From contig JBMFLH010000024.1 in the NCBI GenBank assembly GCA_049971295.1, positions 1-25,823 of the forward strand: 25,823 nucleotides of DNA, read 5' to 3'. Shown here piece after piece: positions 16,381-25,823 of this stretch. Below the pieces are notes generated by a model. That model did no database searches and was not told where the DNA came from. It saw only the letters and a list, made by a program, of their open reading frames with translations. The translations under genes were made by a program, and so were the position numbers. Within the stretch, counting starts at the first letter, position 1. Every line of letters starts with the position of its first letter. The stretch is from Candidatus Ratteibacteria bacterium (GTDB lineage Bacteria; Ratteibacteria; UBA8468; B48-G9; DTJG01).

Positions 16381-19185
16381 ATGAAAAAAATTATTCTTTT
16401 CCTTGTTCTGGCAGGTGTATGTTTTGCTGCTGTCAGCGTGGATTGGTCGGTACCGGCCATCACAGACACTCCTTCTGTTATACCGTTTTCAAACATAACT
16501 GTCGATGGCGTATTGCACGACTATGAATGGGCGTCAGGATTTTGCCTTCCTATAAGGTCAAAGTATCATATCTCAAACTCAAAAAGACAATGGGCGGGTC
16601 CAGAAGATGCTGGAATGGAATTTTATACTGCATGGAATGAAAAAGGACTTTTTTTCGGAGCAATTGTCGCGGATAATGAAGTTATCAATGACAGACCACC
16701 TGAATTGGCATACCAGCAAGACTGTATTGAAATTTTTGTTGACGGTAGGACATCATCCTTTATGAAATCCCCCTATACAAAAGGATGTTATCAGATTCTT
16801 GTCAAACCACCCTTAAAAAATCAGATGCCCGTTATAGAAGTACTTGGTCGATATAAAATTTCAGGCATGCAAATTGCAGGAGTAAGAACAAAAACTGGCT
16901 ACAGCATTGAACTGTTTATTCCATGGTCAGCATTTCCTGAAATTCAAAAAGCAGGTCCTGCCATTCACATTGGTATCCAGGCAATGCTTGATGATTACGA
17001 TAGTCAGGACCTTGATAAGGTTCAACCATTGAGTTTGAGTTATCTTGGCAAAAAAGAACTGTATAGAAGCCCTCAAAATTTTATCCACTGCGTTTGTAAA
17101 CAAAAAACAGGTTCAGTGTTTTCAATTGAGTGTTCGCCGCTCATTTTTGAAAATCAATCCATACAGGTGGCAGTGGAAAGTTTTTCAATGGTAGGTGATA
17201 TCGATTCAATAAAAATCAGGATTGAAAATTCGCAGGGAAAAATTCTTGCTGAAAAAAAGCCAAAACTTATCAAATACAAAGACCCATGGACAAAAGCCAT
17301 CAGGGCAGTCGCAAGTTTTAATGCAGAAAAGGTTCAGAAAGATGTTTTTTTGATTTCTGCAGTAGCAGGTAAAGAAAAGACGGAATACACCAGTAAAAAG
17401 ACTGTAGTTTATCTCGGTAACATCGCAGGCGAAATTCTTTCAAAAATCAAAAAGGCAGACATTCAAAAACTTTCTCAATCAGACCCTTTCAGAGCTCACG
17501 AATATCTTGCAGTTGGTTCATGCTATGAAAGAATCAAGTATGCAGTGGAATTATTTGATATAGAAAAATTGAAATACGCTGTAAGGGAAATTGCTGCAAG
17601 AATTGATATTTTAAACAAGAAAGGTCTGAAAAAAACAAATTCACTTCTTGACCTGCTCGTTCTTGCTGGAAATCCAGAATCACAGGTTGTCGTTGAATAT
17701 GTCTCTCCTGAGATTGCAAATGCGACATTTTACTGGGGGTCTATTCCGCTTGTTAGTGTGAATGTAAAAAAGTTTGCTGATCAGAATCTGGCAAAAGACG
17801 CAGCAAGAGAAAAAACTGTTGGATTTGTGGACCTGCTTGAAGATGTAAATCCTGCAGGACCTGTTGTTATAGCGGGACTGCCATCTCGCGCTTCTTCCTG
17901 GTCATATATGTTTTTCTACTTCAATATAGAAAAATTTGACCCTGAAAAACATATACTTGTTGTGATACCACAAACGAAAACCACGTACGTTGTTGACATT
18001 GGAAAAATTGATTATGTGGATGTTGACGCAGTGACAATTCTTGATCATGCCAATGAAAAAGTCAGAATAATGGTTGAGAAATACGCATCGGGTAAAAAAG
18101 TGAGTGTCTGTACAATGGACCAGGCAATGAAAAAGAATGCAATTATTATTGCAACAGGTAAAGACATTCCACAGGAAATCAGTAAGTTCAAAACGTATCA
18201 GGTGTCCATTGTAAAACAGTCTATTATCAAAATTCCATATCAGGATATGCTTGTTTCTGTCTCACATCCTTCCAGATGGGTTGCTGAAGAGGCAGCAAAG
18301 CTTGTAATAGCAGGCAAACCAGTTTCCAGTCAGGATGTTGATAGAATAAGAAAGACCATTGTCAATGAATTTGCGTTTTCAACAAGGTCTTTTGAAAATG
18401 TTAAAAGACAGGCATTTATTTATTGTGGAGACCTTCACAGTCATTCGACATTTTCTGATGGGCAACTTTCTCCAATCGGAATGGCTCTTCAATCTATGTA
18501 CTGCTTTATGGATTTTTTTGCCCTGACTGACCACAATACCATCGATGGAGCACAAATCGCCTCAAAACTTCTTTCAAAGCACGGCTTTGATTACACCTTT
18601 ATTGTTGGGCAGGAAATTACGACAAAGGATTTTCACTTCAATGCCTATCCGCTTACAAAAGTAATTCCATGGACTCTTCCACCAGAACAAATCATTTCTC
18701 TTGCCAAACAGCAATCTGCGATTATCCAGTGGAATCATCCTGGCCGGCTATATTCCACCTGGGAACTACAAAGAATTGACAGTGGTCTGGAAACAGGACT
18801 TGATGCATGGGAACACATCCCTTTTCACTATTACCACTGGAAAAAAAATGATACTTTGCCGACACTGATAGGAAGCACTGATACCCATGATGGTACATTT
18901 TCTAATCCGGAAAGAACAGTAATTGTTTCCGGTACCTGCCAGGAAAAAGACATTGTTGAAGCCATCAGAACGGGCAAAACGATTCTTGTTTCACCTTCCA
19001 GAGGAAGCGATTTTATGTATGGAGATAGCCTTGTTGTCAGTCAGGCATGGGACATCTTATTTGAAGCACAGGAACTGAAAAACATGAAAAAGCAGCACAT
19101 TATGAATATATTAAGAAACGCTGACCTTCCTGCGCTACTACAGGGAAAAAAGGGGGATGAATGGAAACACTTGAGTGCATCGTGA
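16381..19185 (+). CDS. Secreted multidomain protein: signal peptide, CBM9/DOMON-like sugar-binding domain, unknown middle region, C-terminal PHP (CehA/McbA-like) metallohydrolase
   Basis: MKKIILFLVLAGVCFA signal; ITVDGVLHDYEW...AWNEKGLFFGAIVAD...DCIEIFVD...GYSIELFIPW (CBM9-like); GDLHSHSTFSDG, ALTDHN, GQEIT, NHP, GSTDTH (PHP). Confidence 0.8.
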   Translation: MKKIILFLVLAGVCFAAVSVDWSVPAITDTPSVIPFSNITVDGVLHDYEWASGFCLPIRSKYHISNSKRQWAGPEDAGMEFYTAWNEKGLFFGAIVADNEVINDRPPELAYQQDCIEIFVDGRTSSFMKSPYTKGCYQILVKPPLKNQMPVIEVLGRYKISGMQIAGVRTKTGYSIELFIPWSAFPEIQKAGPAIHIGIQAMLDDYDSQDLDKVQPLSLSYLGKKELYRSPQNFIHCVCKQKTGSVFSIECSPLIFENQSIQVAVESFSMVGDIDSIKIRIENSQGKILAEKKPKLIKYKDPWTKAIRAVASFNAEKVQKDVFLISAVAGKEKTEYTSKKTVVYLGNIAGEILSKIKKADIQKLSQSDPFRAHEYLAVGSCYERIKYAVELFDIEKLKYAVREIAARIDILNKKGLKKTNSLLDLLVLAGNPESQVVVEYVSPEIANATFYWGSIPLVSVNVKKFADQNLAKDAAREKTVGFVDLLEDVNPAGPVVIAGLPSRASSWSYMFFYFNIEKFDPEKHILVVIPQTKTTYVVDIGKIDYVDVDAVTILDHANEKVRIMVEKYASGKKVSVCTMDQAMKKNAIIIATGKDIPQEISKFKTYQVSIVKQSIIKIPYQDMLVSVSHPSRWVAEEAAKLVIAGKPVSSQDVDRIRKTIVNEFAFSTRSFENVKRQAFIYCGDLHSHSTFSDGQLSPIGMALQSMYCFMDFFALTDHNTIDGAQIASKLLSKHGFDYTFIVGQEITTKDFHFNAYPLTKVIPWTLPPEQIISLAKQQSAIIQWNHPGRLYSTWELQRIDSGLETGLDAWEHIPFHYYHWKKNDTLPTLIGSTDTHDGTFSNPERTVIVSGTCQEKDIVEAIRTGKTILVSPSRGSDFMYGDSLVVSQAWDILFEAQELKNMKKQHIMNILRNADLPALLQGKKGDEWKHLSAS

Positions 19186-19919
19186 AATTTCTTGATAGTT
19201 TCCTTAATATCAATCACATCAAAGATGACTCCTGGAACGGTCTTCAGTGGGAAGGAATAGAAAAAGTTGAAAAAATCATGTGCACAGTGGATGCTGGCGC
19301 AGATGTATTTCAGCAGGCGGCAAAAATGAAAGCAAATCTTGTTATTGTTCACCATGGAAATTACTGGAAAAACGTCAATCCTTCTTTCACTGGTGCAAAC
19401 AAAAAAAGAATGGAAATACTTTACAGGCATAACATTTCTTTGTATGCTGCGCATCTGCCACTTGACATGCATCCGGAAATTGGCAATAATATTTTACTTC
19501 TCAAACTGATAGGCGCTAAAAAAACAACTGGATTTTTTCCATACGATGGACAATCTATCAGTTTCTGCGGGCGATTTACAAAACCAAAAAAGCTTGATGA
19601 GATTATCAGTAAAATCAACAATTCTCTCGGGATAAAATGCAGGGTACTTCCCTATGGGGTTGACACTGTTAAAACTGTTGCTGTGATCAGCGGTGGTGGC
19701 GGTTATGCAGGTTTCAATGAGGCGATAAAGGCAGGCGTTGACCTTTATATTTCAGGTGATACCATTGAAGTTTTTCATTCTGCGAAAGATTCTAAAATCA
19801 ATGTGATTTTTGGCGGTCATCACGCAACAGAAACTCTCGGAGTAAAAAAACTGGCAAAAATTTTATCAAAAAGGTTTGATGTTGAGGCAGAATTTGTTGA
19901 CATTCCAACAGGACTTTGA
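19161..19919 (+). CDS. Nif3-like dinuclear metal centre hexameric protein (YbgI/DUF34)
   Basis: DDSWNGLQ, IVHHG, YAAHLPLDMHPEIGNN, ISGGG, GGHHATETLG. Confidence 0.93.
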   Translation: METLECIVKFLDSFLNINHIKDDSWNGLQWEGIEKVEKIMCTVDAGADVFQQAAKMKANLVIVHHGNYWKNVNPSFTGANKKRMEILYRHNISLYAAHLPLDMHPEIGNNILLLKLIGAKKTTGFFPYDGQSISFCGRFTKPKKLDEIISKINNSLGIKCRVLPYGVDTVKTVAVISGGGGYAGFNEAIKAGVDLYISGDTIEVFHSAKDSKINVIFGGHHATETLGVKKLAKILSKRFDVEAEFVDIPTGL

Positions 19920-19921
19920 AA

Positions 19922-21121
19922 ATGATTTTACCGTTTAAAGGATACAGATATTCAGAAGAAGCAGGAAATCTTGAACGGTTGATCGCACCACCATATGATG
20001 TGATTGGTCAGAAATATCGCGAAGAACTAATTAATCGTTCACCTTATAACATTGTTCGCCTGACACTTCCAGAATCTTTTGATACTGACTATCACAGAGA
20101 AATTGCGAAAATACTGGAAAATTGGTGCAGAGAGAAAATACTCATGCAGGACGAAAAGGAATACTTTTACCTTGTAAAGCAAAAGTTTTTTTATAAAGGA
20201 GAAAAACTGGAAAGGACTGGATTAATAGGTCTTTTTGACCTTCGAGCGTCTGACCGCATCATCAGACACGAAGTCATCTTCAATAAATACAGGGATGATA
20301 GAATTAAACTTCTTCAAACAACAAGGTCAAACCTGGAGCCAATCTTTTTACTTTACGAAGACCGGGAAAATCTCATTGAAGAAATTGCCTGCTCAATTCC
20401 ACTTCAGGAAAAGATATCTTTTGAGGAAACAACAGTTGCCTTTAAACCCATTAGATCAGAGATATTGATGCCGCTGGTGAGAAAAATCCAGGACTCAAAA
20501 CTTTTTATTGCTGATGGGCATCACAGATTTCAGGCATCCTATCATTATTTTCAAACATGTCCGGACGCTCCACCATATATCATGGTTTATCTTACCAATT
20601 CTCTTTCAAACTCCCTGATTGTGCTACCGACCCACAGAGCATTGAAAAATGTTAATCCAGCAGAAAAAATCAATGCCATTGAAGAATTTTTTGAAATCAA
20701 AAAACAGGCAAATCTCAGTCAAACTTTATCTTCAATAGAAAACTCTCAATCCTGTAGTTTTGGAGTTTATTTCAATAATTCATTTCAAACATGGTCGTTG
20801 AAAAACATTGAAAAAGTAAAACCACTTCTGCCAGAGCATTTTTCTAATACATTGAAATCCCTTGACGTTGTCATTCTCCATTATCTTGTCGTTGAAAAAA
20901 TTTTTGGTACAACTGCCAGAGACAAACTTTACTATGACAGAAACCCTGAAGAAATTATCAATTTTGTCAATAGCAATCCCTCAAGCATCGGCTTTTTTAT
21001 GCAGAAACCAGATTTAATGAAAATCAGGGAGGTCGCCAGTAGCGGTGAAATACTTCCTCCAAAAACCACATTTTTCTACCCAAAAGTACCATCAGGACTC
21101 GTGATTGCAAGGTATGTCTGA
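19922..21121 (+). CDS. DUF1015 family protein
   Basis: [52 protein letters not shown] at 19922 preferred over TTG at 19916. Confidence 0.9.
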   Translation: MILPFKGYRYSEEAGNLERLIAPPYDVIGQKYREELINRSPYNIVRLTLPESFDTDYHREIAKILENWCREKILMQDEKEYFYLVKQKFFYKGEKLERTGLIGLFDLRASDRIIRHEVIFNKYRDDRIKLLQTTRSNLEPIFLLYEDRENLIEEIACSIPLQEKISFEETTVAFKPIRSEILMPLVRKIQDSKLFIADGHHRFQASYHYFQTCPDAPPYIMVYLTNSLSNSLIVLPTHRALKNVNPAEKINAIEEFFEIKKQANLSQTLSSIENSQSCSFGVYFNNSFQTWSLKNIEKVKPLLPEHFSNTLKSLDVVILHYLVVEKIFGTTARDKLYYDRNPEEIINFVNSNPSSIGFFMQKPDLMKIREVASSGEILPPKTTFFYPKVPSGLVIARYV

Positions 21122-22940
21122 AATGGAATTTGAGATTGTTGTTATTGGGGCAGGACATGCTGGAATTGAAGCATCACTCGCCTCATCAAGAATGGGATTA
21201 AATACCCTTCTAATCACAGGCAATTTTGGAACAATCGCAAAACCCAGTTGTAATCCCGCAATTGGTGGTGTTGGCAAAGGGCAAATCGTAAAAGAAATTG
21301 ACGCTCTTGGCGGGCAAATGGCTCTTTCAACAGATATGACCGGTATACAATTCAGGATGCTCAATACCGGCAAAGGCAAAGCAGTGTGGAGCCCAAGAGC
21401 GCAGATTGACCGTTTCAAATATTCAGATTACATGAAACGAGTTCTCTTCCATCAAAAAAATCTGAAGTTGTTACAGGCAATGGTCGTAAAAATACTGGAA
21501 AAAAATGGTAAAGTTGAGGGTGTCGTGCTTGATTCAGGAGAAAAAATTTGCTGCAGATGTGTCATCCTATGCCCTGGAACTTTTTTGAATGGCATCATTC
21601 ATGTTGGTAACCAGTGTTTTCCAGCAGGAAGAATGGGTGAATTTGCATCAAAAGGTATCACTGAATGCTTGAAAGAACTTGGATTTGATGCAGGTAGATT
21701 AAAAACAGGAACTCCTCCAAGAATCAGCAAACAATCAATTGATTTCAGTAAGGTAAAAGAGCAGCCAGGCGATAAAACACCAGTCCCATTTTCTTATAGA
21801 ACTCGATCGATCGATAGAGAACAAATCTGCTGTTATCTCACGTCAACCACATCAGAAACAATCAAAATCATCAGAGATAATCTTGATAGAGCTCCTCTAT
21901 ATACAGGACAAATCCGTTCAACCGGTCCAAGATACTGCCCCTCTATTGAAGTAAAAGTGGTCAGGTTTCCAGACAGAGATACCCATCACATTTTTCTTGA
22001 ACCAGAATCTTACGATAGCGATGAAGTTTACGTCAATGGATTTGCTACAAGTATTCCAGTTGATGTCCAGGAAAAGGCATTGAGAACCATTCCAGGGCTG
22101 AAGCAGGCGAGAATTTTGAGATATGGGTATGCAATTGAATATGATTTTATTCCACCATATCAATTAAAGCTCACACTTGAAACAAAAAACATAAAAGGAC
22201 TTTATCTCGCAGGCCAGATCAATGGAACAAGTGGTTATGAAGAAGCAGCAGCGCAGGGAATTATCGCAGGAATCAATGCTGCTTCATCGATACTTGACAA
22301 GGAACCACTGATTTTAAAAAGGGAAGAGTCCTACATCGGAGTAATGATTGACGATATTACAACAAGAGAAATCACAGAACCATACAGAATGTTTACGTCC
22401 CGGGCAGAATATAGATTGATTTTAAGGCAGGACAACGCGGATTTCAGATTAATGGAGTATGGGTTTAAGTATGGACTTATTGACGATAAAACATACAAAA
22501 TTATGGAAGAAAATAGAAACCTCACAAAAAAATTTTGCGCCACACTTGAGCAGACATACCTTTCCGGTTGCCAGGAAAAAACCTCCCTTGCAGATTTTTT
22601 GCGAAGACCCGGAAATACTATTTATGATATTTTCCAGTTCTGTAAAGAACTTGAAAATCTTCCAGAGCACGTGAAGGAAGAAATTGAAATAGAAATCAAG
22701 TATTCTGGATATATCAAAAGAGAACTTGAAATGATTGAAAAAACATCACTGATGGACAGTGTAAAAATTCCTGAAAACATTGATTATTCGAAAATCACAG
22801 GCATTTCAACTGAAGCAAGAGAAAAACTGTCAAAATATAGACCATTTATTATAGGGCAGGCAAAAAGAATGGATGGCATCAGTCCATCTGATATCACAGC
22901 GATACTTATCCATCTTAAAAAAGTAAAAAAGATTTGTTAG
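21114..22940 (+). CDS. mnmG: tRNA uridine-5-carboxymethylaminomethyl(34) synthesis enzyme MnmG (GidA)
   Basis: [72 protein letters not shown]. Start is ATG 21114 or 21123. Confidence 0.96.
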   Translation: MSEMEFEIVVIGAGHAGIEASLASSRMGLNTLLITGNFGTIAKPSCNPAIGGVGKGQIVKEIDALGGQMALSTDMTGIQFRMLNTGKGKAVWSPRAQIDRFKYSDYMKRVLFHQKNLKLLQAMVVKILEKNGKVEGVVLDSGEKICCRCVILCPGTFLNGIIHVGNQCFPAGRMGEFASKGITECLKELGFDAGRLKTGTPPRISKQSIDFSKVKEQPGDKTPVPFSYRTRSIDREQICCYLTSTTSETIKIIRDNLDRAPLYTGQIRSTGPRYCPSIEVKVVRFPDRDTHHIFLEPESYDSDEVYVNGFATSIPVDVQEKALRTIPGLKQARILRYGYAIEYDFIPPYQLKLTLETKNIKGLYLAGQINGTSGYEEAAAQGIIAGINAASSILDKEPLILKREESYIGVMIDDITTREITEPYRMFTSRAEYRLILRQDNADFRLMEYGFKYGLIDDKTYKIMEENRNLTKKFCATLEQTYLSGCQEKTSLADFLRRPGNTIYDIFQFCKELENLPEHVKEEIEIEIKYSGYIKRELEMIEKTSLMDSVKIPENIDYSKITGISTEAREKLSKYRPFIIGQAKRMDGISPSDITAILIHLKKVKKIC

Positions 22941-22951
22941 TAGTGCACAAT

Positions 22952-22980
22952 TTATAAAAACAATGGTCGTGGTATATAAT
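22952..22980 (+). promoter_or_regulatory. Possible promoter for the CoA-transferase/thiolase pair
   Basis: Perfect TATAAT at 22975-22980 in the only sizeable (71-nt) gap of the run; weak -35 (TTATAA, 17 nt upstream). Confidence 0.35.
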
Positions 22981-23011
22981 TGAAGGGTCAGATAAAATCA
23001 GATAAAAGTAA

Positions 23012-24580
23012 ATGGGAAAAATTAAAAGTATTGAGGAAGCAATAGGTCTTGTAAAAGATGGAGATACTGTCGCAACAGGTGGATTTGTTGGGAATTGCCA
23101 TCCAGAAATGCTTTCTTTTTACCTCGAAAAGCGATTTCTCGAAACAGGTCATCCTTGTCATTTGACAGTTGTGTACGCTGCGGGTCAGGGAGACGGAAAG
23201 ACACGCGGCATAAACCATTTCGCTCACGAAGGAATGGTGAAACGGGTTATCGGTGGGCACTGGAATCTCGTGCCAATGATGGGAAAACTCGTCATTGAGA
23301 ACAAAGTTGAAGCATACAATTTCCCTCAGGGAGTTATATCCCATCTTTATCGTGATATTGCGGCAGGAAAACCAGGAACAATTACGCATGTGGGCCTATA
23401 CACATTTGTTGACCCACGATTTGGAGGCGGCAAACTGAACAGCATCACAAAACAAGATATTGTGAAGCTGATTGAAATTGAAGGAAGACAGTGGCTATTT
23501 TATAAGGCATTTCCTATCAATGTGGCTTTTATCAGAGGAACAACTGCTGATAAAAACGGCAATATCACAATGGAAAAAGAAGCAGGATCCCTTGAAATGC
23601 TTCCAATGGCAATGGCAGCAAAAAATTCTGGAGGTACTGTCATTGCCCAGGTTGAGAGAATTACAGATGAAATTTTTAATCCGTATCTTGTAAAAGTCCC
23701 TGGAATTTTTGTTGACGCGATTGTTGTTGCTGAAAAACAATTTCACCAGCAAACATTTGTCGAAGAATATAATCCTGCTTATTCTGGTGAACAGAGGATC
23801 CCTCTTGAAACTCTTTTTGGAAAAATGCCGCTTGATGAAAGAAAAATTATATGCAGAAGGGCTGCAATGGAAATTGAATCTGGAGACATCATTAATCTTG
23901 GAATTGGCATGCCCGAAGGCATTGCTCTTGTTGCAGCAGAAGAGCAAATACTTGATGATATGTCATTTACAGTTGAAGCAGGCGCAGTGGGTGGAATACC
24001 GAGCAGTGGATTGAGTTTCGGAGCAGCATACAATCCAGTTGCAATCATTGACCAGCCATACATGTTTGATTTTTATGATGGTGGCGGACTTGACATTGCA
24101 TTTCTTGGGCTTGCCCAGGCAGATAGCAATGGAAATGTCAATGTCAGTAAGTTTTCTTCGCGAATTGCCGGGGCAGGTGGTTTCATTAACATCACGCAAA
24201 ATGCAAAAAGAGTCGTTTATTGTGGAAGTTTTACAGCAGGTGGACTGAAAATTGAAATTGTAGATGGTTCTTTGAAAATTCTGAGTGAAGGGATACATAA
24301 AAAATTCCTGAAACAGGTGGAACAAATTACTTTCAGTTCTGAATACGCAATCAAAAAACATCAAAAAGTTCTGTATATCACAGAAAGAGCAGTATTTCAA
24401 CTTGACCAGGCAGGTCTGGTACTAATTGAAATTGCTCCAGGAGTTGACATTGATAAAGATGTCATTTCAAAAATGGATTTTGTTCCAAAAATTTCAGACA
24501 AACTCAAGACAATGTATAACAAAATTTTCAAAAATGAACCCATGGGGATTAAATACATCATAAAAAGGAAGAAATCATGA
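23012..24580 (+). CDS. Fused family I acyl-CoA:acetate CoA-transferase (YdiF/propionate CoA-transferase-like)
   Basis: [40 protein letters not shown], catalytic ExGxxG (VEAGAVGG), [24 protein letters not shown]. Confidence 0.92.
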   Translation: MGKIKSIEEAIGLVKDGDTVATGGFVGNCHPEMLSFYLEKRFLETGHPCHLTVVYAAGQGDGKTRGINHFAHEGMVKRVIGGHWNLVPMMGKLVIENKVEAYNFPQGVISHLYRDIAAGKPGTITHVGLYTFVDPRFGGGKLNSITKQDIVKLIEIEGRQWLFYKAFPINVAFIRGTTADKNGNITMEKEAGSLEMLPMAMAAKNSGGTVIAQVERITDEIFNPYLVKVPGIFVDAIVVAEKQFHQQTFVEEYNPAYSGEQRIPLETLFGKMPLDERKIICRRAAMEIESGDIINLGIGMPEGIALVAAEEQILDDMSFTVEAGAVGGIPSSGLSFGAAYNPVAIIDQPYMFDFYDGGGLDIAFLGLAQADSNGNVNVSKFSSRIAGAGGFINITQNAKRVVYCGSFTAGGLKIEIVDGSLKILSEGIHKKFLKQVEQITFSSEYAIKKHQKVLYITERAVFQLDQAGLVLIEIAPGVDIDKDVISKMDFVPKISDKLKTMYNKIFKNEPMGIKYIIKRKKS

Positions 24581-25740
24581 AAAAGGTTTTTATCATCAGT
24601 GCTACAAGAACACCGATTGGCGCTTTCTGCAAATCCTTAAGTAAGGTGTCGGCGATTGAACTTGGCTCTATCGTGATTTCTGCTGCAATAAAAAAGGTAG
24701 GTATACCTGAACAAAAAATTGACCAGGTCATTATGGGCAATGTTTTACAGGCGGGACTTGGACAGAATCCGGCAAGGCAGGCAGCAATTAAAGCAGGTAT
24801 CCCAGTTAATGTCCCTGCAACAACGATTAACAAGGTTTGTGGTTCTGGATTAAAGGCAGTATCTCTTGCTGCCTGTTCCATTATGGCTGGTCAGGCAGAT
24901 ATTATTGTTGCAGGTGGAATGGAAAATATGAGCAGGGCACCCTACCTTCTTGAAAAAGCACGAAGCGGTTATAAGTTAGGTCATGGAACACTTGTTGATA
25001 GTTTAATATACGATGGACTGTGGGACATTTACAATAATTACCACATGGGAATTGCAGGAGAAAATCTTGCTGAAAAATTTTCAATATCAAGAGTGTCTCA
25101 GGATGAATTTGCTCATCAATCCCAGCAAAAATGGAAAGATGCGATGGAAAAAGGGTTATTTAAGGAAGAAATTACACCTGTTATTCTTAAAGATGCTGTC
25201 TTAGAACAGGATGAACACCCAAGACCAGATACGACATTTGAAAAACTTTCAAAATTGAAACCAGTATTCAAGGAAGATGGCACAATCACAGCAGGAAATG
25301 CTTCAGGTATTAATGATGGAGCAGCAGCAGTTGTTATTGCATCTGGCGAAACCGTTGAACAATTTTCCCTAAAACCAATGGCAGAAATAGTTTCATATGG
25401 CGAAGCAGGCATTGAACCCTCTTTGATGGGGCTCGGACCAGTACCAGCGACAAAAATTGCTCTTGAAAAAGCAAAAGCAACACTGAACGATATGGACCTG
25501 ATTGAAATCAATGAAGCGTTTGCTGTTCAAGTGCTTGCTGTATGCCAGGAGTTGAAAATTAATATGGATAAACTTAATGTTAATGGTGGAGCAATTGCAC
25601 TGGGCCATCCCATTGGTGCAAGTGGAGTGAGAATACTTGTGACGCTACTACATGAAATGAAAAGAAGAGATGCTCAATATGGATTGTGCACACTCTGTGT
25701 TGGCGGAGGAGAAGGAGTAACGATGGTAGTAAAGAGATAG
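24577..25740 (+). CDS. Acetyl-CoA C-acetyltransferase (thiolase)
   Basis: [20 protein letters not shown] (catalytic Cys), [32 protein letters not shown]. Confidence 0.96.
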   Translation: MKKVFIISATRTPIGAFCKSLSKVSAIELGSIVISAAIKKVGIPEQKIDQVIMGNVLQAGLGQNPARQAAIKAGIPVNVPATTINKVCGSGLKAVSLAACSIMAGQADIIVAGGMENMSRAPYLLEKARSGYKLGHGTLVDSLIYDGLWDIYNNYHMGIAGENLAEKFSISRVSQDEFAHQSQQKWKDAMEKGLFKEEITPVILKDAVLEQDEHPRPDTTFEKLSKLKPVFKEDGTITAGNASGINDGAAAVVIASGETVEQFSLKPMAEIVSYGEAGIEPSLMGLGPVPATKIALEKAKATLNDMDLIEINEAFAVQVLAVCQELKINMDKLNVNGGAIALGHPIGASGVRILVTLLHEMKRRDAQYGLCTLCVGGGEGVTMVVKR

Positions 25741-25747
25741 GAAGATG

Positions 25748-25823
25748 GACGGAAAGACAGAAGCATTATTCACACTCTCTACGGCGCAGACAAAACTACG
25801 GATAAATCCGCACCCCTGCAAAC
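25748..25823. repeat. Palindromic element, copy 2 (first 76 nt, truncated by the window end)
   Basis: GACGGAAAGACAGAAGCATTATTCAC...CCCCTGCAAAC is the reverse complement of 130-205 with a single mismatch (177 vs 25776); starts 7 nt after the thiolase TAG. Confidence 0.9.

Noticed and set aside
21803..21814. TCGATCGATCGA palindrome/tandem repeat
   Set aside because: Short, inside the mnmG coding sequence and in frame; plausible by chance.
19041..24881. Longer antisense ORFs (e.g. 19041-19472, 22988-23389, 23495-23947, 23963-24400, 24558-24881)
   Set aside because: Shadow frames opposite well-conserved genes, with no recognisable motifs; the same applies to the other short alternative-frame ORFs in the window.
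130..25823. Composite transposon or genomic island bounded by the inverted repeats
   Set aside because: No transposase or integrase; the cargo is housekeeping (rsmI, mnmG, apgM, glg); independent copies of a dispersed repeat are the simpler explanation.

Overview
AT-rich bacterial chromosomal segment with a divergent layout. A minus-strand pair (apgM-type phosphoglycerate mutase, ferritin) faces away from an 18-gene, tightly packed plus-strand run: rsmI, SurA-N/PpiD-like protein, GAF histidine kinase, single-domain receiver, a glycogen cluster (glgC, GalT-like, glgA, GH57, an inserted atypical M14 peptidase, glgB), MFS transporter, aldo/keto reductase, a secreted CBM9-like+PHP protein, Nif3-like, DUF1015, mnmG, fused CoA-transferase and thiolase. 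The most striking non-coding feature is a >=205-nt palindromic repeat that folds into a long rod-like hairpin. It occurs at both ends of the window in inverted orientation (75/76 nt identical), each copy starting 3-7 nt after a stop codon and in the same orientation relative to transcription. It looks like a MITE/REP-like repeat or structured RNA that I cannot assign to a family. Overlapping divergent sigma70-type promoters lie between apgM and rsmI. No CRISPR array, tRNA, rRNA or transposase was recognised. All assignments come from motif reading; no searches were run.
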